NCBI GenBank assembly: GCA_963665975.1
Contig: OY762508.1
Span: 715,067-779,066 of the forward strand
From: Rhodothermales bacterium
GTDB taxonomy: Bacteria > Bacteroidota > Rhodothermia > Rhodothermales > Bin80
Length of the DNA stretch: 64,000 bases
Reading direction: 5' to 3'
Shown: positions 49,703 through 60,216 of the stretch, one piece after another
Layout: the number at the start of each line of letters is the position of its first letter
How positions within the stretch are numbered: position 1 is the first letter of the stretch
Made by a program: the position numbers and the translations under genes
The notes under the pieces: generated by a model
Database searches by the model: none
What the model was told of the DNA's origin: nothing
The model's input: the letters and a program-made list of their open reading frames with translations, nothing else

Positions 49703-50031
49703 GCACCGTTCTAAATTGAGTGTTATCGATCCGGAAATGGCTCGCCTTGACGGAAGGCAAGCGCACTTAATGGGAGCAAGTTATCAAACAATTGTACAAC
49801 ATGGGCCCAATAGGTCCAGCAAATACGGACAGGTGGCGAATATTTTCCTCATACTTTTCCAATTCTGAAGCCTTCTGAACGTCATGTAGGACCCTGAATC
49901 TGATAGCGCCGGGAAAAGCATAACTCGCCGTGGAATTCGTGACCAGAACCGGCAAGGGCCTGTATCCTCCTATCTATGCGGTTTCTTATAGGGAGACTCG
50001 AAGCGGACAACTTCAGGCTGAGTACGCACTG

Positions 50032-50808
50032 TCAAATAAGGCTGCGCGACTGCCCGCCATCCACATTCAGGCATGCGCCTGTGACAAGGCTTGCCCGCTC
50101 GGAGAGAAGGAAGGTGGCCACATCGGCAATTTCTTCCGCCGCCCCGAAGCGTCCAACCGGCAGATTGGCCTGCACGAAGGCTCGCATTCCTTCCGGATCC
50201 GATTGGACGCGCCGATCCCACGACCCGCCCGGAAATCGAATCGATCCCGGCGCGATGCAATTGACGCGGATGCCTTCGCCGGCAAGCTCAATGGCCATGA
50301 TCTTGGCCGCGCTTATAAGACCTGACTTGGTCGCATTGTAGATCGAGAGTCCCTTTCCACCTGCCTCACGCCCAAAAATCGACGCCACGAACAGGATTGC
50401 TCCGCCGTGTGAGGCGCGCATGTGCGGGATCGCCGCGCGACTGCATCGTAGGTGCACCTTCAGATTCAATTCCAGGATTGCATCCCAGTCCTCCTCTGTT
50501 GTCTCGGCAAACGGCTTGCGGCGATTGCCCCCCACGTTGTTTACCAGGGCATCGATGCGTCCAAATGTCCCCGCTGCACTTTCGATAAGGCGTTCCGCAT
50601 TTCCGGTGCCCGTGATATCCAGCGGCAGCGCCAGCACTTCCGCGCCACAGGCTCTGATTTCGTCGGCTACGTGCTGCAGCCGATCCTCATTGCGGGCGCA
50701 TATCGCCAGCAGGCACCCCTCCTTTGCCAGTCCCAGGGCGATGCTCCGGCCGAGTCCGCGACTCGCACCGGTCACCACCGCTACCTTTCCATGTAACCCA
50801 AGATCCAT
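50032..50808 (-). CDS. SDR family oxidoreductase
   Basis: TGASRGLG, VNNVG, YNATK, IRVNCIAPG, VDGG. Confidence 0.93.
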   Translation of the reverse strand: MDLGLHGKVAVVTGASRGLGRSIALGLAKEGCLLAICARNEDRLQHVADEIRACGAEVLALPLDITGTGNAERLIESAAGTFGRIDALVNNVGGNRRKPFAETTEEDWDAILELNLKVHLRCSRAAIPHMRASHGGAILFVASIFGREAGGKGLSIYNATKSGLISAAKIMAIELAGEGIRVNCIAPGSIRFPGGSWDRRVQSDPEGMRAFVQANLPVGRFGAAEEIADVATFLLSERASLVTGACLNVDGGQSRSLI

Positions 50809-50921
50809 ATCCCTGTCCGAACGAACCGTAGAAACTCCCGGAAGTTAGAAAATGAAATTGTGGTAATTCCCTGTCTTTTTCAGGAAATTTGATGCATTCG
50901 CTTAGGCTCGGCACGCTTGAT

Positions 50922-51149
50922 ATGACAATACCACAACCCGACGAAGAACTGTCCTTTGAACAGGCCATGGATCGGCTCGAGGCAATTGTTCAGAAACTGG
51001 ACGATGAATCGCAGGGGCTTGCGGACGCCCTGAAGTCCTATGAAGAGGGAATGCGTCTGGCCAGGGAGTGTCTTGCACGCCTCGAGTCTGCCGAGCAACG
51101 CATTGAAGAATTACGGCTGATTCTGGCCCCGGACTCCAATGAGGCGTGA
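50922..51149 (+). CDS. xseB: Exodeoxyribonuclease VII small subunit
   Basis: SFEQAMDRLEAIVQKL...LKSYEEGMRL...L..AEQRI. Confidence 0.93.
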   Translation: MTIPQPDEELSFEQAMDRLEAIVQKLDDESQGLADALKSYEEGMRLARECLARLESAEQRIEELRLILAPDSNEA

Positions 51150-51667
51150 GTATGCTGCACAAAACCCTGTTCCCCTCCCTGCCCGACCATGCACGTCTGT
51201 GGGTGCATGCCGCAGAGCAACCCATCCCAGAGGATGCAAAGCAGGCCTGGCTCCAGCGCATGGACCGCTTTCTGACGCACTGGAAGTCACATGGACGCCC
51301 AGTGGGCGGCGGCGCCGCTGTTCTGGATGACCGATTCCTCGTAGCGTCGGGAATGCTAGCCGAGCCGGGAAAAATTTCCGGTTGCGGAATTGATGCGCTG
51401 ACGCGTGCAATTGCCGAGGAAGCGGATGCCCACGGAATCACCCTCGCATCCCCGCTTCTCATCTACTGGCGCAATGACCACGGAGTGGTGGCAAGCCTCT
51501 CGCGAGGTGCATTCCGACGGCTGGTCGCCAGCGGGGCCATCGGACCCGAAACGTCCGTTTTCGATCTGAGCCTGACTACGCTCGGGGAGTTGCGCAGTGG
51601 ATTCGAAAAACCCTTTCGATCCGCCTGGCACGCGCGGGTGTTCCGCATCCCCGTGGCCATCCCATAG
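51146..51667 (+). CDS. Conserved hypothetical protein (SGC.ID motif)
   Basis: LPDHARLW, W.SHG, SGCGID, VFD; resembles a family widespread in Bacteroidota; overlaps the xseB stop. Confidence 0.7.
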   Translation: MSMLHKTLFPSLPDHARLWVHAAEQPIPEDAKQAWLQRMDRFLTHWKSHGRPVGGGAAVLDDRFLVASGMLAEPGKISGCGIDALTRAIAEEADAHGITLASPLLIYWRNDHGVVASLSRGAFRRLVASGAIGPETSVFDLSLTTLGELRSGFEKPFRSAWHARVFRIPVAIP

Positions 51668-51675
51668 CAAGTACC

Positions 51676-52725
51676 GTGTCCTCTTTACTCAAGAAACTCA
51701 GCCGCTGGCGGGCTGAACTCGAATCCTCGCAACGAGAAATCTTGTATGCTACTGTATTTCTGCTTGGTTGGCTAGGCTTCGGGGCATTCGGGTATAGAGT
51801 GTTAGAAGGTTGGTCGCTGGTTGACGGGTTGTACATGACCTTCATCACACTAACCACTATCGGATTTGGCGAAGTATACCCCCTCTCGCTGGCGGGCCGC
51901 TGGTTCACCATCGTAATTGCATTCATCGGAATCGGCAGCGTAGCTTTCGTGGCAGCGCGCTGGGCGCGTATCCTGCTGTTGGGATATATGTTACGCCAGC
52001 GGCAAATCACGCGTAAGATCAAGAAGATGCGAGATCACTTTATCATCTGTGGATACGGGCGCGTTGGTCGCCGAATGGTGGCCAACCTCATGGCGCAAGG
52101 AAAACCGATTGTCGTGCTGGATCGCAACGACGAGCTGATTCAGGCCTTGCACGCCGAGGGAATCCCTGGCATGCTGGGAGACGCTTCCGATGAAGACACC
52201 CTGCATCAGGCCGGAATTGCGGTGGCAAAGGGTCTGATCACACTCCTGCCGACAGATAGCGCCAACGTGTTTGTGACGCTTATAGCACGCGAACTCAATC
52301 CTGATCTATTCATCCTGGCGCGCACAACGTATACGCGCAACCGACGCACACTGCTGCAGGCAGGTGCCAGCGAAGTCGTCGCGCCGTCCGATGTAGGCGC
52401 CGACCGCATGGCGCAGGTGATCCTCCGCCCCAGTGTAGATCGGTTGATGTCCCATGTGATGGAGGCGGCCGACGCCAGCCTGCTGATGGAAGAGGTGATC
52501 GTGCAGCCCGGATCGTTTCTTGCCGATAGCAGCCTTGCGAACGCCCACTTCCGGCAGAATTTCAATGCGATCGTGATCGCCGTCATTAATGGCTTCACGG
52601 GCGAAATGACGTTTAATCCAAGCCCGCATAACACAATCGGCGCCGGCGACGTGCTGGTTGTGCTTGGCAGCAAGGAGTGGATTCTCCGTGTATCGGTAGA
52701 TGGCTGTTCACCCAAGCAAGAATAA
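51676..52725 (+). CDS. Potassium channel protein with TrkA-N/TrkA-C (RCK) domains
   Basis: Selectivity filter TTIGFG, HFIICGYGRVG, GDASDE, RCK-C tail. Confidence 0.92.
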   Translation: MSSLLKKLSRWRAELESSQREILYATVFLLGWLGFGAFGYRVLEGWSLVDGLYMTFITLTTIGFGEVYPLSLAGRWFTIVIAFIGIGSVAFVAARWARILLLGYMLRQRQITRKIKKMRDHFIICGYGRVGRRMVANLMAQGKPIVVLDRNDELIQALHAEGIPGMLGDASDEDTLHQAGIAVAKGLITLLPTDSANVFVTLIARELNPDLFILARTTYTRNRRTLLQAGASEVVAPSDVGADRMAQVILRPSVDRLMSHVMEAADASLLMEEVIVQPGSFLADSSLANAHFRQNFNAIVIAVINGFTGEMTFNPSPHNTIGAGDVLVVLGSKEWILRVSVDGCSPKQE

Positions 52726-52733
52726 ACCACGTA

Positions 52734-53717
52734 ATGCGCACCACACCTACGCCGCAAAGATTCATGATCAGATGCCTCCCTGTCGCGCTCCTGCTACTCG
52801 CATTCGCCGCGCCAAGCGCAGCGCAGAGCGGATTCATTGACCAGGAAGCCGTCTCTGCGCTACTCAACATTCGGGCACTGTCGCTGGACGACATTCCGGA
52901 TGTCCACTACAACTATTACGTGCTGCAAAACAGGCGAGGCAACAATGCCATCGCACGAAACACGTTCTATAACCTGATCGGCGACGGGGACACGCAGCGC
53001 GGGCGTGCGCGGGCAGAGCTAATCCAGATGATCAACCGCCGGCTGATGCGCGACTTCCTTATCGGAGACACGATCATCGTGCCTACCACCTTTGACCTGG
53101 ACTTTCGAGCCTATACGCCGTTTCCACGCTATTATCCCGGTGGCAGGGATTTCGACAAGCTCTTCGTGATGGACAAGACAATCCAGGCGTTCGCTGCCTA
53201 CGAATATGGCGAGCTCATGCGCTGGGGAATTATCAATACGGGCAATCCGGAAGAGTCACCGACGCCCAACGGTCGCTACAATTTCAATTGGCGTGAGCCA
53301 TACCGCGTTTCATCCCTCAGCCCACCGGATGAGGACTGGGAAATGTACTGGGTCGTCAATTTCCACCAGGAACGCGGCATGCACGTCCACCAGTACGAAA
53401 TGCCGACGGGCGGCCCTACCAGTCATGGGTGCGTCCGCCTGGTCGACACCGACGCCCAATGGGTATATGAATGGGTCGACACCTGGAAGACCTCGCGCAA
53501 GGGGGACGGCCTGGCCTCTGCTCAGGGACGCCTGGTCAAACAGGGCACTACCGTCCTCGTAATCGGTACCGAACCGGCAGTCCAGCCACAACCATTCGAT
53601 CTCCGACCCCGATTCCCTGTGCTTAAGCGCGTGGAATTGCCGGCGCATCCGTACGACATCCCTCCAGGCACGAAGCAGCAGGAGCGCTTTGATCAGATCC
53701 GCAAGAATTCCCGGTAA
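52734..53717 (+). CDS. L,D-transpeptidase (YkuD family), exported
   Basis: Signal peptide, TPNGRY, HQ...SHGCVRL. Confidence 0.88.
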   Translation: MRTTPTPQRFMIRCLPVALLLLAFAAPSAAQSGFIDQEAVSALLNIRALSLDDIPDVHYNYYVLQNRRGNNAIARNTFYNLIGDGDTQRGRARAELIQMINRRLMRDFLIGDTIIVPTTFDLDFRAYTPFPRYYPGGRDFDKLFVMDKTIQAFAAYEYGELMRWGIINTGNPEESPTPNGRYNFNWREPYRVSSLSPPDEDWEMYWVVNFHQERGMHVHQYEMPTGGPTSHGCVRLVDTDAQWVYEWVDTWKTSRKGDGLASAQGRLVKQGTTVLVIGTEPAVQPQPFDLRPRFPVLKRVELPAHPYDIPPGTKQQERFDQIRKNSR

Positions 53718-53734
53718 GCCAAAGGCTGATCAGG

Positions 53735-54853
53735 CTATCGGATCAGGCTGAACATGCGGCCGAATCGCACCTGACCGAAAAAGAGGGGACTACCGTCCGA
53801 GTTCCAGGAGAAATACACCATGACTGCCTTCCCAACAACGTGATCCATGGGCACAAAGCCCCAGAACCTGCTGTCCTCCGAGTTGTCCCGGCTGTCACCC
53901 ATCACAAAATAATAGTCCTGGGAGAACGTATACGTCGCCGTTGGGGCGCCGTCTATGAGATACCCGTCAGGACTTGTGCCAGTCTGGCGCTCCTCATACC
54001 GGCTGATAACCGGCTCCAGGATCGGCCAATTTTCCTCGGTTAGCGTTACCTCCTCACCCGCCTTCGGAATCGTCAGGGGCCCGTAGTTGTCCGGTGTATA
54101 GCTCCTGCCACCTGGATACAGGTAGGACCGGTAGGCCCCGTTCGAGCGAGCAATGGCCGGCCGCACCTCCACTACATAGGGCAGCTCGCGAATCCCATCC
54201 GCAGCGTCCTTGGTGGCCAGTACCCGGAGAACGTTCGCGCTGTTGGTCGGATTGATCTGTTTCACGCCGAGCTCCCGCAAGCGGGCTCCAGACAATCGCA
54301 CGCGGTCATCCCTTTTCTCGACAAACCACTCCTGAAGCATGGTCTCCCCCAGTTGGAGCGGGTCACCGTTTACATGCACGATCTTGTCGATGACGCTAAT
54401 CATCTCTCCTGGCATGCCGACTACACGCTTGATGTAATGCATCTTGCGATCAATCGTCGCAGCTTCATCTCCTGGCCAATTAAACACGACGGCATCCCCG
54501 CGCTTGACGTCGGTGAAGCCGGGCAGCCGTGTCCACGGTAGCTCCAGTCCCTTGATATGAATCGACGTGAAGGGAATGCCGAGTGTGATGGGCGTCCGTG
54601 TGCCGTAATGGAGTTTCGACACAATGAGGTAGTCTCCGACAAGGAGACTGTTCTCCATGGACGGCGTGGGGATACGGAACAGGTCGAAGAACAGTGAGCG
54701 CACGATAACCATGACGATAATGGCGAACACCATCGCGTCCAGCCATTCACGCAAGGCGCCCTTCTTTTTCTTTGGCGGGGCATCTCCGCGCCGGCGGGCC
54801 CGCTCTGCGCGCCGCTGCTGGCGCGCCTTCTTTCTTGTCTTGGGAGTTGTCAA
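53735..54853 (-). CDS. lepB: Signal peptidase I
   Basis: IPTPSME, YIKRVVGMPG, MGDSRDNSEDSRFWGFVP. Confidence 0.96.
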   Translation of the reverse strand: MTTPKTRKKARQQRRAERARRRGDAPPKKKKGALREWLDAMVFAIIVMVIVRSLFFDLFRIPTPSMENSLLVGDYLIVSKLHYGTRTPITLGIPFTSIHIKGLELPWTRLPGFTDVKRGDAVVFNWPGDEAATIDRKMHYIKRVVGMPGEMISVIDKIVHVNGDPLQLGETMLQEWFVEKRDDRVRLSGARLRELGVKQINPTNSANVLRVLATKDAADGIRELPYVVEVRPAIARSNGAYRSYLYPGGRSYTPDNYGPLTIPKAGEEVTLTEENWPILEPVISRYEERQTGTSPDGYLIDGAPTATYTFSQDYYFVMGDSRDNSEDSRFWGFVPMDHVVGKAVMVYFSWNSDGSPLFFGQVRFGRMFSLIR

Positions 54854-55704
54854 CGGTTGCTTTGTCTAGCCGTGTCTGGCGATGAGTTCGGGTGCGGCCG
54901 CCCCGCGGAAAGGTTTGGCGCTCGAATTGGCCGGTTAAAGAAGGCCTGACCATCGAAACCCACTCTATACCACTGGTCCGACACCGAGTTGTAGTAATAA
55001 TCCGTGTAGACAGCAAATGGTTCTTCCCGCATCAAACCGCCAAGAAAAGACTGGCGCAGCGCAAAGAGGTTGTCTCGGCTGCTGTGGTCCGTGGCCACAA
55101 TAACTCCGCGGTCGAACGGACCGTTCACGTCTGTGACCATCAAAGGGATGGAATCGTTGACGACAAACCAGTATTCGAACTGGATGTAGTCCTCGGGGCG
55201 CGGACTTTTTCGGTAATCTATCTCGGCCACAGTTCTGGTCGGTGCACCAAAGCGGTGCTCCATGCGGGCGCGGATTTCCATGGTCCGCGTCGTATCCAGC
55301 AGCGTGAAATAGTTGGTGCCAAGGAAGGCCCATTTTCTTTCACCAAAGGCCTTCTGCTGCGCCAGGCGCTCCTCTCGGGGAATAACCCGCCAGGAGGAAA
55401 CATGGCCTGGCGGCAGAGAAGAAGTGAATGAATCGATGTAGTCGAATGCCTGTCGCATTATCCAGGGTCCGAGCGTATCCGCTCGCGCGGCAAGGTGCTC
55501 TACCGGCCTTGGCACCACGCGCTCCCCGACTTCCGCCAGTAATGCCCGAAACTCCAGTTGGAATTGCGCCGCCCGGTACACACTGGCTATTTCATGCATG
55601 GATACATGCGGCCGGTGCTGTGCGAATGCCGACACCGTCGGCCACCCTGCTATTCCGAAAAGCACCAGGGCAAGCGCCCATTTCCAAGACGTTGACCGAA
55701 GCAT
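54850..55704 (-). CDS. Exported hypothetical protein between lepA and lepB
   Basis: Signal peptide (MLRSTSWKWALALV..AFAQ); tight spacing to lepA and overlap with lepB. Confidence 0.75.
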   Translation of the reverse strand: MLRSTSWKWALALVLFGIAGWPTVSAFAQHRPHVSMHEIASVYRAAQFQLEFRALLAEVGERVVPRPVEHLAARADTLGPWIMRQAFDYIDSFTSSLPPGHVSSWRVIPREERLAQQKAFGERKWAFLGTNYFTLLDTTRTMEIRARMEHRFGAPTRTVAEIDYRKSPRPEDYIQFEYWFVVNDSIPLMVTDVNGPFDRGVIVATDHSSRDNLFALRQSFLGGLMREEPFAVYTDYYYNSVSDQWYRVGFDGQAFFNRPIRAPNLSAGRPHPNSSPDTARQSNR

Positions 55705-55715
55705 CGCAGCGCGTG

Positions 55716-57539
55716 TCAGTCCTCCATTGACAGAACAGCCAGAAACGCTTCCTGCGGCACCTCTATACTGCCTACATGTTTCATGCGCTTCTTGCCCTCC
55801 TTTTGTTTCTCCAGCAGCTTGCGCTTTCGCGTAATATCGCCGCCGTAGCACTTGGCCGTAACATCCTTGCGCGTCGCCTTCACCGTGGAGCGGGCAATGA
55901 CACGACTGCCTATGGCAGCCTGAATGGCCACTTCGAACATCTGCCGCGGGATGAGCTCCTTCAGTTTTGACGTAAGTTTGCGTCCCATGTCAAATGCTCG
56001 GTCGCGGTGCACGATCGTGCTCAGCGCATCGACGGCATCGCCGTTAATCAGCACGTCCAATTTTACAAGGTTACTGCGGCGGTACTCGGAAAACTCATAG
56101 TCGAACGAGGCATATCCACGACTTACACTCTTGAGCTTGTCGTAAAAGTCGAAGACAATTTCAGACAACGGCAATTCATATTCGAGGCTTACGCGCTCGG
56201 TATCCAAGTACGTCTGGTTAACGAAGATCCCCCGCCGATCCTGGCTCAACTTCATGAGATTGCCTATGTACTCTGTCGGGGTTATGATTTCAGCCTTGAC
56301 ATACGGTTCGCGTATGTGATCTTTCGAGCTGTCGGTAGGAACCTTGTTCGGGTTTTCGACGATGCGGACATCGCCGCTTGTCAGCACCACTTCATACTTG
56401 ACGTTCGGCAGTGTCGTAATGATGTCAAGATTGAACTCGCGATCCAGACGCTCCTGAACGATTTCCATGTGGAGGAGCCCAAGAAAGCCCACGCGAAACC
56501 CGAAGCCGAGCGCCACCGAAGTTTCTGGCTCGTACGTTATGGCCGCGTCATTGAGTTGCAACCGCTCGAGCGAAGCCCGCAGATCTTCAAAATCTTCGGT
56601 ACTCGCCGGGTATACGCCCGAGAACACCATCGGCTTGACTTCCCTGAAGCCCGAAATAGGCTCGGAGGCGGGGTGCCGGGCTTGCGTAATCGTGTCACCT
56701 ACGCGCGTGTCTCGCACGTCTTTTATCGAGCCGATGACATAGCCTACATCTCCCGCACAAAGCGTCTCCATCGGCTTCATGCCGAGCTGCAGAACACCGA
56801 TTTCCTCCGCCGGGTATGTGCGACCTGTGGCCATAAACAGCATCGGTTCGCGCCGCTTGAGTGTGCCCTCGAATACACGCACGTACGCCACGGCGCCCCG
56901 GTACTGATTGAAGATGGAATCAAATATCAATGCCTTCAGCGGACCGTCCGTATTGCCAGTCGGCTGCGGCACGCGCGCAATGATCGCCTCCAACACATCA
57001 CGAATTCCTTCGCCGGTCTTGGCGCTGATGCGAACAATATCTTCGGCGGGCTCTCCAAGCAATCCCTCAATAGACATGGCGACCGTGTCGGGGCGCGCAC
57101 TGGGCAGGTCCACCTTGTTCATCACGGGGATAATTTCCAGGTCACTATCGAGCGCGAGATAGAGGTTGCTAATCGTCTGCGCCTCTATGCCCTGCGCAGC
57201 ATCCACTACCAGAATCGCGCCTTCGCACGCGGTTAGCGCGCGTGACACCTCGTAGCTGAAGTCCACATGGCCAGGCGTATCAATCAGGTTCAGCGTGTAG
57301 CACTCCCCGTCGCGCGCCACATACTCCATCCGGATCGCGTGACTCTTGATGGTGATGCCCCGCTCGCGCTCCAGATCCATGGAGTCGAGCACCTGGTCCT
57401 GCATGTCTCGTTGAGCAACCGTGCCAGTAAGTTCCAGCAGCCGGTCGGCAAGCGTACTCTTGCCGTGGTCTATATGGGCAACAATACAGAAGTTGCGTAT
57501 GTGACTTAGGTCAGCGGACATCCGAGCCAACGCGCGCAT
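55716..57539 (-). CDS. lepA: Translation elongation factor 4 (LepA)
   Basis: [44 protein letters not shown]. Confidence 0.98.
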   Translation of the reverse strand: MRALARMSADLSHIRNFCIVAHIDHGKSTLADRLLELTGTVAQRDMQDQVLDSMDLERERGITIKSHAIRMEYVARDGECYTLNLIDTPGHVDFSYEVSRALTACEGAILVVDAAQGIEAQTISNLYLALDSDLEIIPVMNKVDLPSARPDTVAMSIEGLLGEPAEDIVRISAKTGEGIRDVLEAIIARVPQPTGNTDGPLKALIFDSIFNQYRGAVAYVRVFEGTLKRREPMLFMATGRTYPAEEIGVLQLGMKPMETLCAGDVGYVIGSIKDVRDTRVGDTITQARHPASEPISGFREVKPMVFSGVYPASTEDFEDLRASLERLQLNDAAITYEPETSVALGFGFRVGFLGLLHMEIVQERLDREFNLDIITTLPNVKYEVVLTSGDVRIVENPNKVPTDSSKDHIREPYVKAEIITPTEYIGNLMKLSQDRRGIFVNQTYLDTERVSLEYELPLSEIVFDFYDKLKSVSRGYASFDYEFSEYRRSNLVKLDVLINGDAVDALSTIVHRDRAFDMGRKLTSKLKELIPRQMFEVAIQAAIGSRVIARSTVKATRKDVTAKCYGGDITRKRKLLEKQKEGKKRMKHVGSIEVPQEAFLAVLSMED

Positions 57540-58134
57540 TTGTTACCGTTCCAGCAAGTGCTTGCCCTGTGAAGCTTGACCGTACAGCGCACAGGCTCCC
57601 CTTTGAGGCAATCCGTCGGCAAGCACCCAAGATCCCGTGAACCGTCCAAGATGCATGCCGGCGCATCCGCCTTGCCTGCCAAGCCAGTGATTCAGGCGCC
57701 GCAAGATCCTCTGTGCCCAAGATCGGTTCCCCAAACCCTCGCTTCTGTGTAACGAACACCCGTTCGCTGGCACCGACAATCCGTGCTTTCCACGAATAGT
57801 CCTGCTTCTCCCTGCGCGCGTCCCGCACCGCTCCAACTACCTTGCCAAGATTCATACTCTTCAATCGTTTGCGCGCGCTACCTAACAGAAAGGAGCATCC
57901 TCCGAAATTGCCAGTTTAACGGTGCTGCGCAGGAAATGTCCCATGAACCGGGCCACGCTGGCTGGCGTGTTGCCCGCAGCCGTCGGCCTACGTCAAGAAA
58001 AATCGACATTTAACCTCTTGGCCCTGCTTGTCGAAATCAATTCGTTTTAATTTAAGGACATTATATTCTTGTATTGTATGATATTGACTTGAATCTTGCA
58101 TATACATGGCAAACGAACAAAAAGATCATACGCC

Positions 58135-58657
58135 ATGAAAAAGCAGAAAAGCGGGACGGGAAAGTCATGCAGGGACGGCGTTTTACTTGTGGAATTGTTC
58201 CAGCAATTTCCAGACAACGACACAGTCGAGAAGGGGCTGGAGTTTGCGCGTTGGGGCGAAGAGGGGCCAGAGTGCTCGCGCTGCGACAGCTGTGAACGCG
58301 TGAGCGAGGTACAGAGACACCGATCCATGAAGTGGTATTGCAACGCGTGCCGAATAAAGTTCAGTGTACGCACGGGCATGGTGTTTTCGCACTTCAAGAT
58401 TCCGTTGCAGAAGTGGATAATCGGTATGTACCTTCAGTCAACCAACCTGAAAGGCGTGTCCAGCATGAAGCTCCACAGAGACTTGGACATTACGCACAAA
58501 TCGGCATGGTTCATGGCCACCGCTTGCGCGGGGCCATGGAAGGTGAAACAGGACTATTTGGCGAGTCTGTTGAGGTGGACGACTCGTACTTCGGCGTCAA
58601 GGAGGCCAATAAGCCCACACACAAGAAGCTGAACGCAGGATGCGGGACGATCGACAA
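58135..58657 (+). pseudogene. IS1595-family transposase remnant (frameshifted, 3'-truncated)
   Basis: Zn ribbon CSRC..CNAC.KFSVRTG, KGVSSMKLHRDL...KSAWFM, frameshift near 58515 into HRLR..VEVDDSYFG; the rest of the DDE domain is absent. Confidence 0.85.
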
Positions 58658-58826
58658 GATGCTGCAGCGGACGACGGTCTTGCTGAAGAAAGGTGAGGCC
58701 TGAACGGAGGTGACCGGGCTGCCGCTGGCTATCCGGCTCCGGGGCCTCGTAGTGTTCAAACTGCCCGGGCGGCCCAACAAAACAGCTCACTATGGCTGCC
58801 AAACCGTCGAAGTCAAGAATTCTACG

Positions 58827-59819
58827 CTATCTGCCTTGATAAGCGGGCCACCGCCACCCCTCAACGTAGAAGGTACTGCCACCCCAGTCTCCGAATACGC
58901 TGATGCTATCACTTAGAGCCGCTACAATAGGGTGGTTGCTGGTCCGGAATACGAGATTGCGGTTTGAGATATAAGCTACCTTTGTTAGGAGATCTTTGTC
59001 TGTTCGGATTTCGAAGTCGTAGTAACTGTCCGAGTTTCTGTCTTTGGCAACCCTCACTACAGCGGGACTCCCTGACGGCGATGTGCCTCCCATACCCCAT
59101 GTCATCACACCGCCACCACAGCCTTGGGACCCACTACCCCATTCCTCAATTCCATCCTCATCCATTATCGCGTAGCAGTATTCAATATCCTCATCCTCGG
59201 GAGCGTCTAACTTACACACCGCTGCAGGCTCATTACACCCGACTGAGGTAAACACTCCGTCCTCAGCCGTAGCCCCGACGTCAGGCGCGTCTTCGTCTTC
59301 ATGTCGCCAGCGTGCCAAAAAGGACGAATTGCCAGTAGCTATACGATACGTCACCTTCTCATCGACACTCTCGCCGCTATCCGATTGGCGACACGTCAGG
59401 CCTTCACTTCTATTTGATCCCATCGCAAAGTTGAAGCCGGGTGCCTTTACATTCCCCGGTCCTCCATCGATTGTGGTTGGATTCTCACAAGAATAAGCAT
59501 GCGAATTCCTTGTAATAGTCGAAGCATTCCCCAAGAGCGAAGTGATAGTGAACACCCGTGCTTGGTACCTTGGTGGAGGAATCGCCTCTGAGCAAGCCGC
59601 TATGAATAGTTCGCCGTGGCCTGTGTCCCCTCCGACAACTGTGTGACCGCAGTGGTTTAAAGCCTCATGCACCGACAAGCCCTGCATCGTGGATACCTCG
59701 TATTGCCTAGATGCCGGCTCTGTTAATGGAGCATTGTCATCGATGACTGTTGCGTCTTCGCAGGAAATGCACAGAAGCAGCAAGAGGGCAACAAGCAATC
59801 GTCCGCCTATCCTCGACAT
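58827..59819 (-). CDS. Hypothetical Cys-rich lipoprotein
   Basis: Long ORF with lipobox LLLLLCISC; no recognised domain; alternative start at 59876. Confidence 0.65.
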   Translation of the reverse strand: MSRIGGRLLVALLLLLCISCEDATVIDDNAPLTEPASRQYEVSTMQGLSVHEALNHCGHTVVGGDTGHGELFIAACSEAIPPPRYQARVFTITSLLGNASTITRNSHAYSCENPTTIDGGPGNVKAPGFNFAMGSNRSEGLTCRQSDSGESVDEKVTYRIATGNSSFLARWRHEDEDAPDVGATAEDGVFTSVGCNEPAAVCKLDAPEDEDIEYCYAIMDEDGIEEWGSGSQGCGGGVMTWGMGGTSPSGSPAVVRVAKDRNSDSYYDFEIRTDKDLLTKVAYISNRNLVFRTSNHPIVAALSDSISVFGDWGGSTFYVEGWRWPAYQGR

Positions 59820-60216
59820 TAGCGGATTATGGATTGGCAGGGGCTCGCGGCGCAAATAGTCGATCATCATATTCACGATTCAGTGTAGTTGAAGGTTTGG
59901 TATTGGTAAATGAATCTATCTGATACGAGGTTCCACTTATTCTGACAAAGGATTTCCAACTGAGCGACATGATTTTCACGCTGGCTGGGAGTCAAATCTG
60001 GAACCTTTCGAAGCACCGGAGGCTTGCTGAACTGAGCGGCCTAGCTCTACCCTGTACCCAGTAATGACACTTGACATGGTGCGGAATTGATATCTTCGGA
60101 TTATGTCCCGTTTTTGCTGTAAAAGGATCTTAATGCATATCGCATAAAAAAGGTCACCGTCTTCCGTTAGGTTTGGGCTCGAATCACCAAACCACCCTAA
60201 CGATCAACGATGACCT

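Noticed and set aside
49703-50031. Retron-like ncRNA upstream of the ATPase
   Set aside because: No convincing a1/a2 inverted repeats or long msd hairpin by eye, and no linked RT; a covariance search would be needed to exclude it fully.
56007-57236. Long antisense ORFs (409 aa here; also 2454-3299, 40205-41167, 43339-44244, 62063-62935)
   Set aside because: Shadow frames opposite well-supported genes in GC-rich DNA, with no protein motifs.
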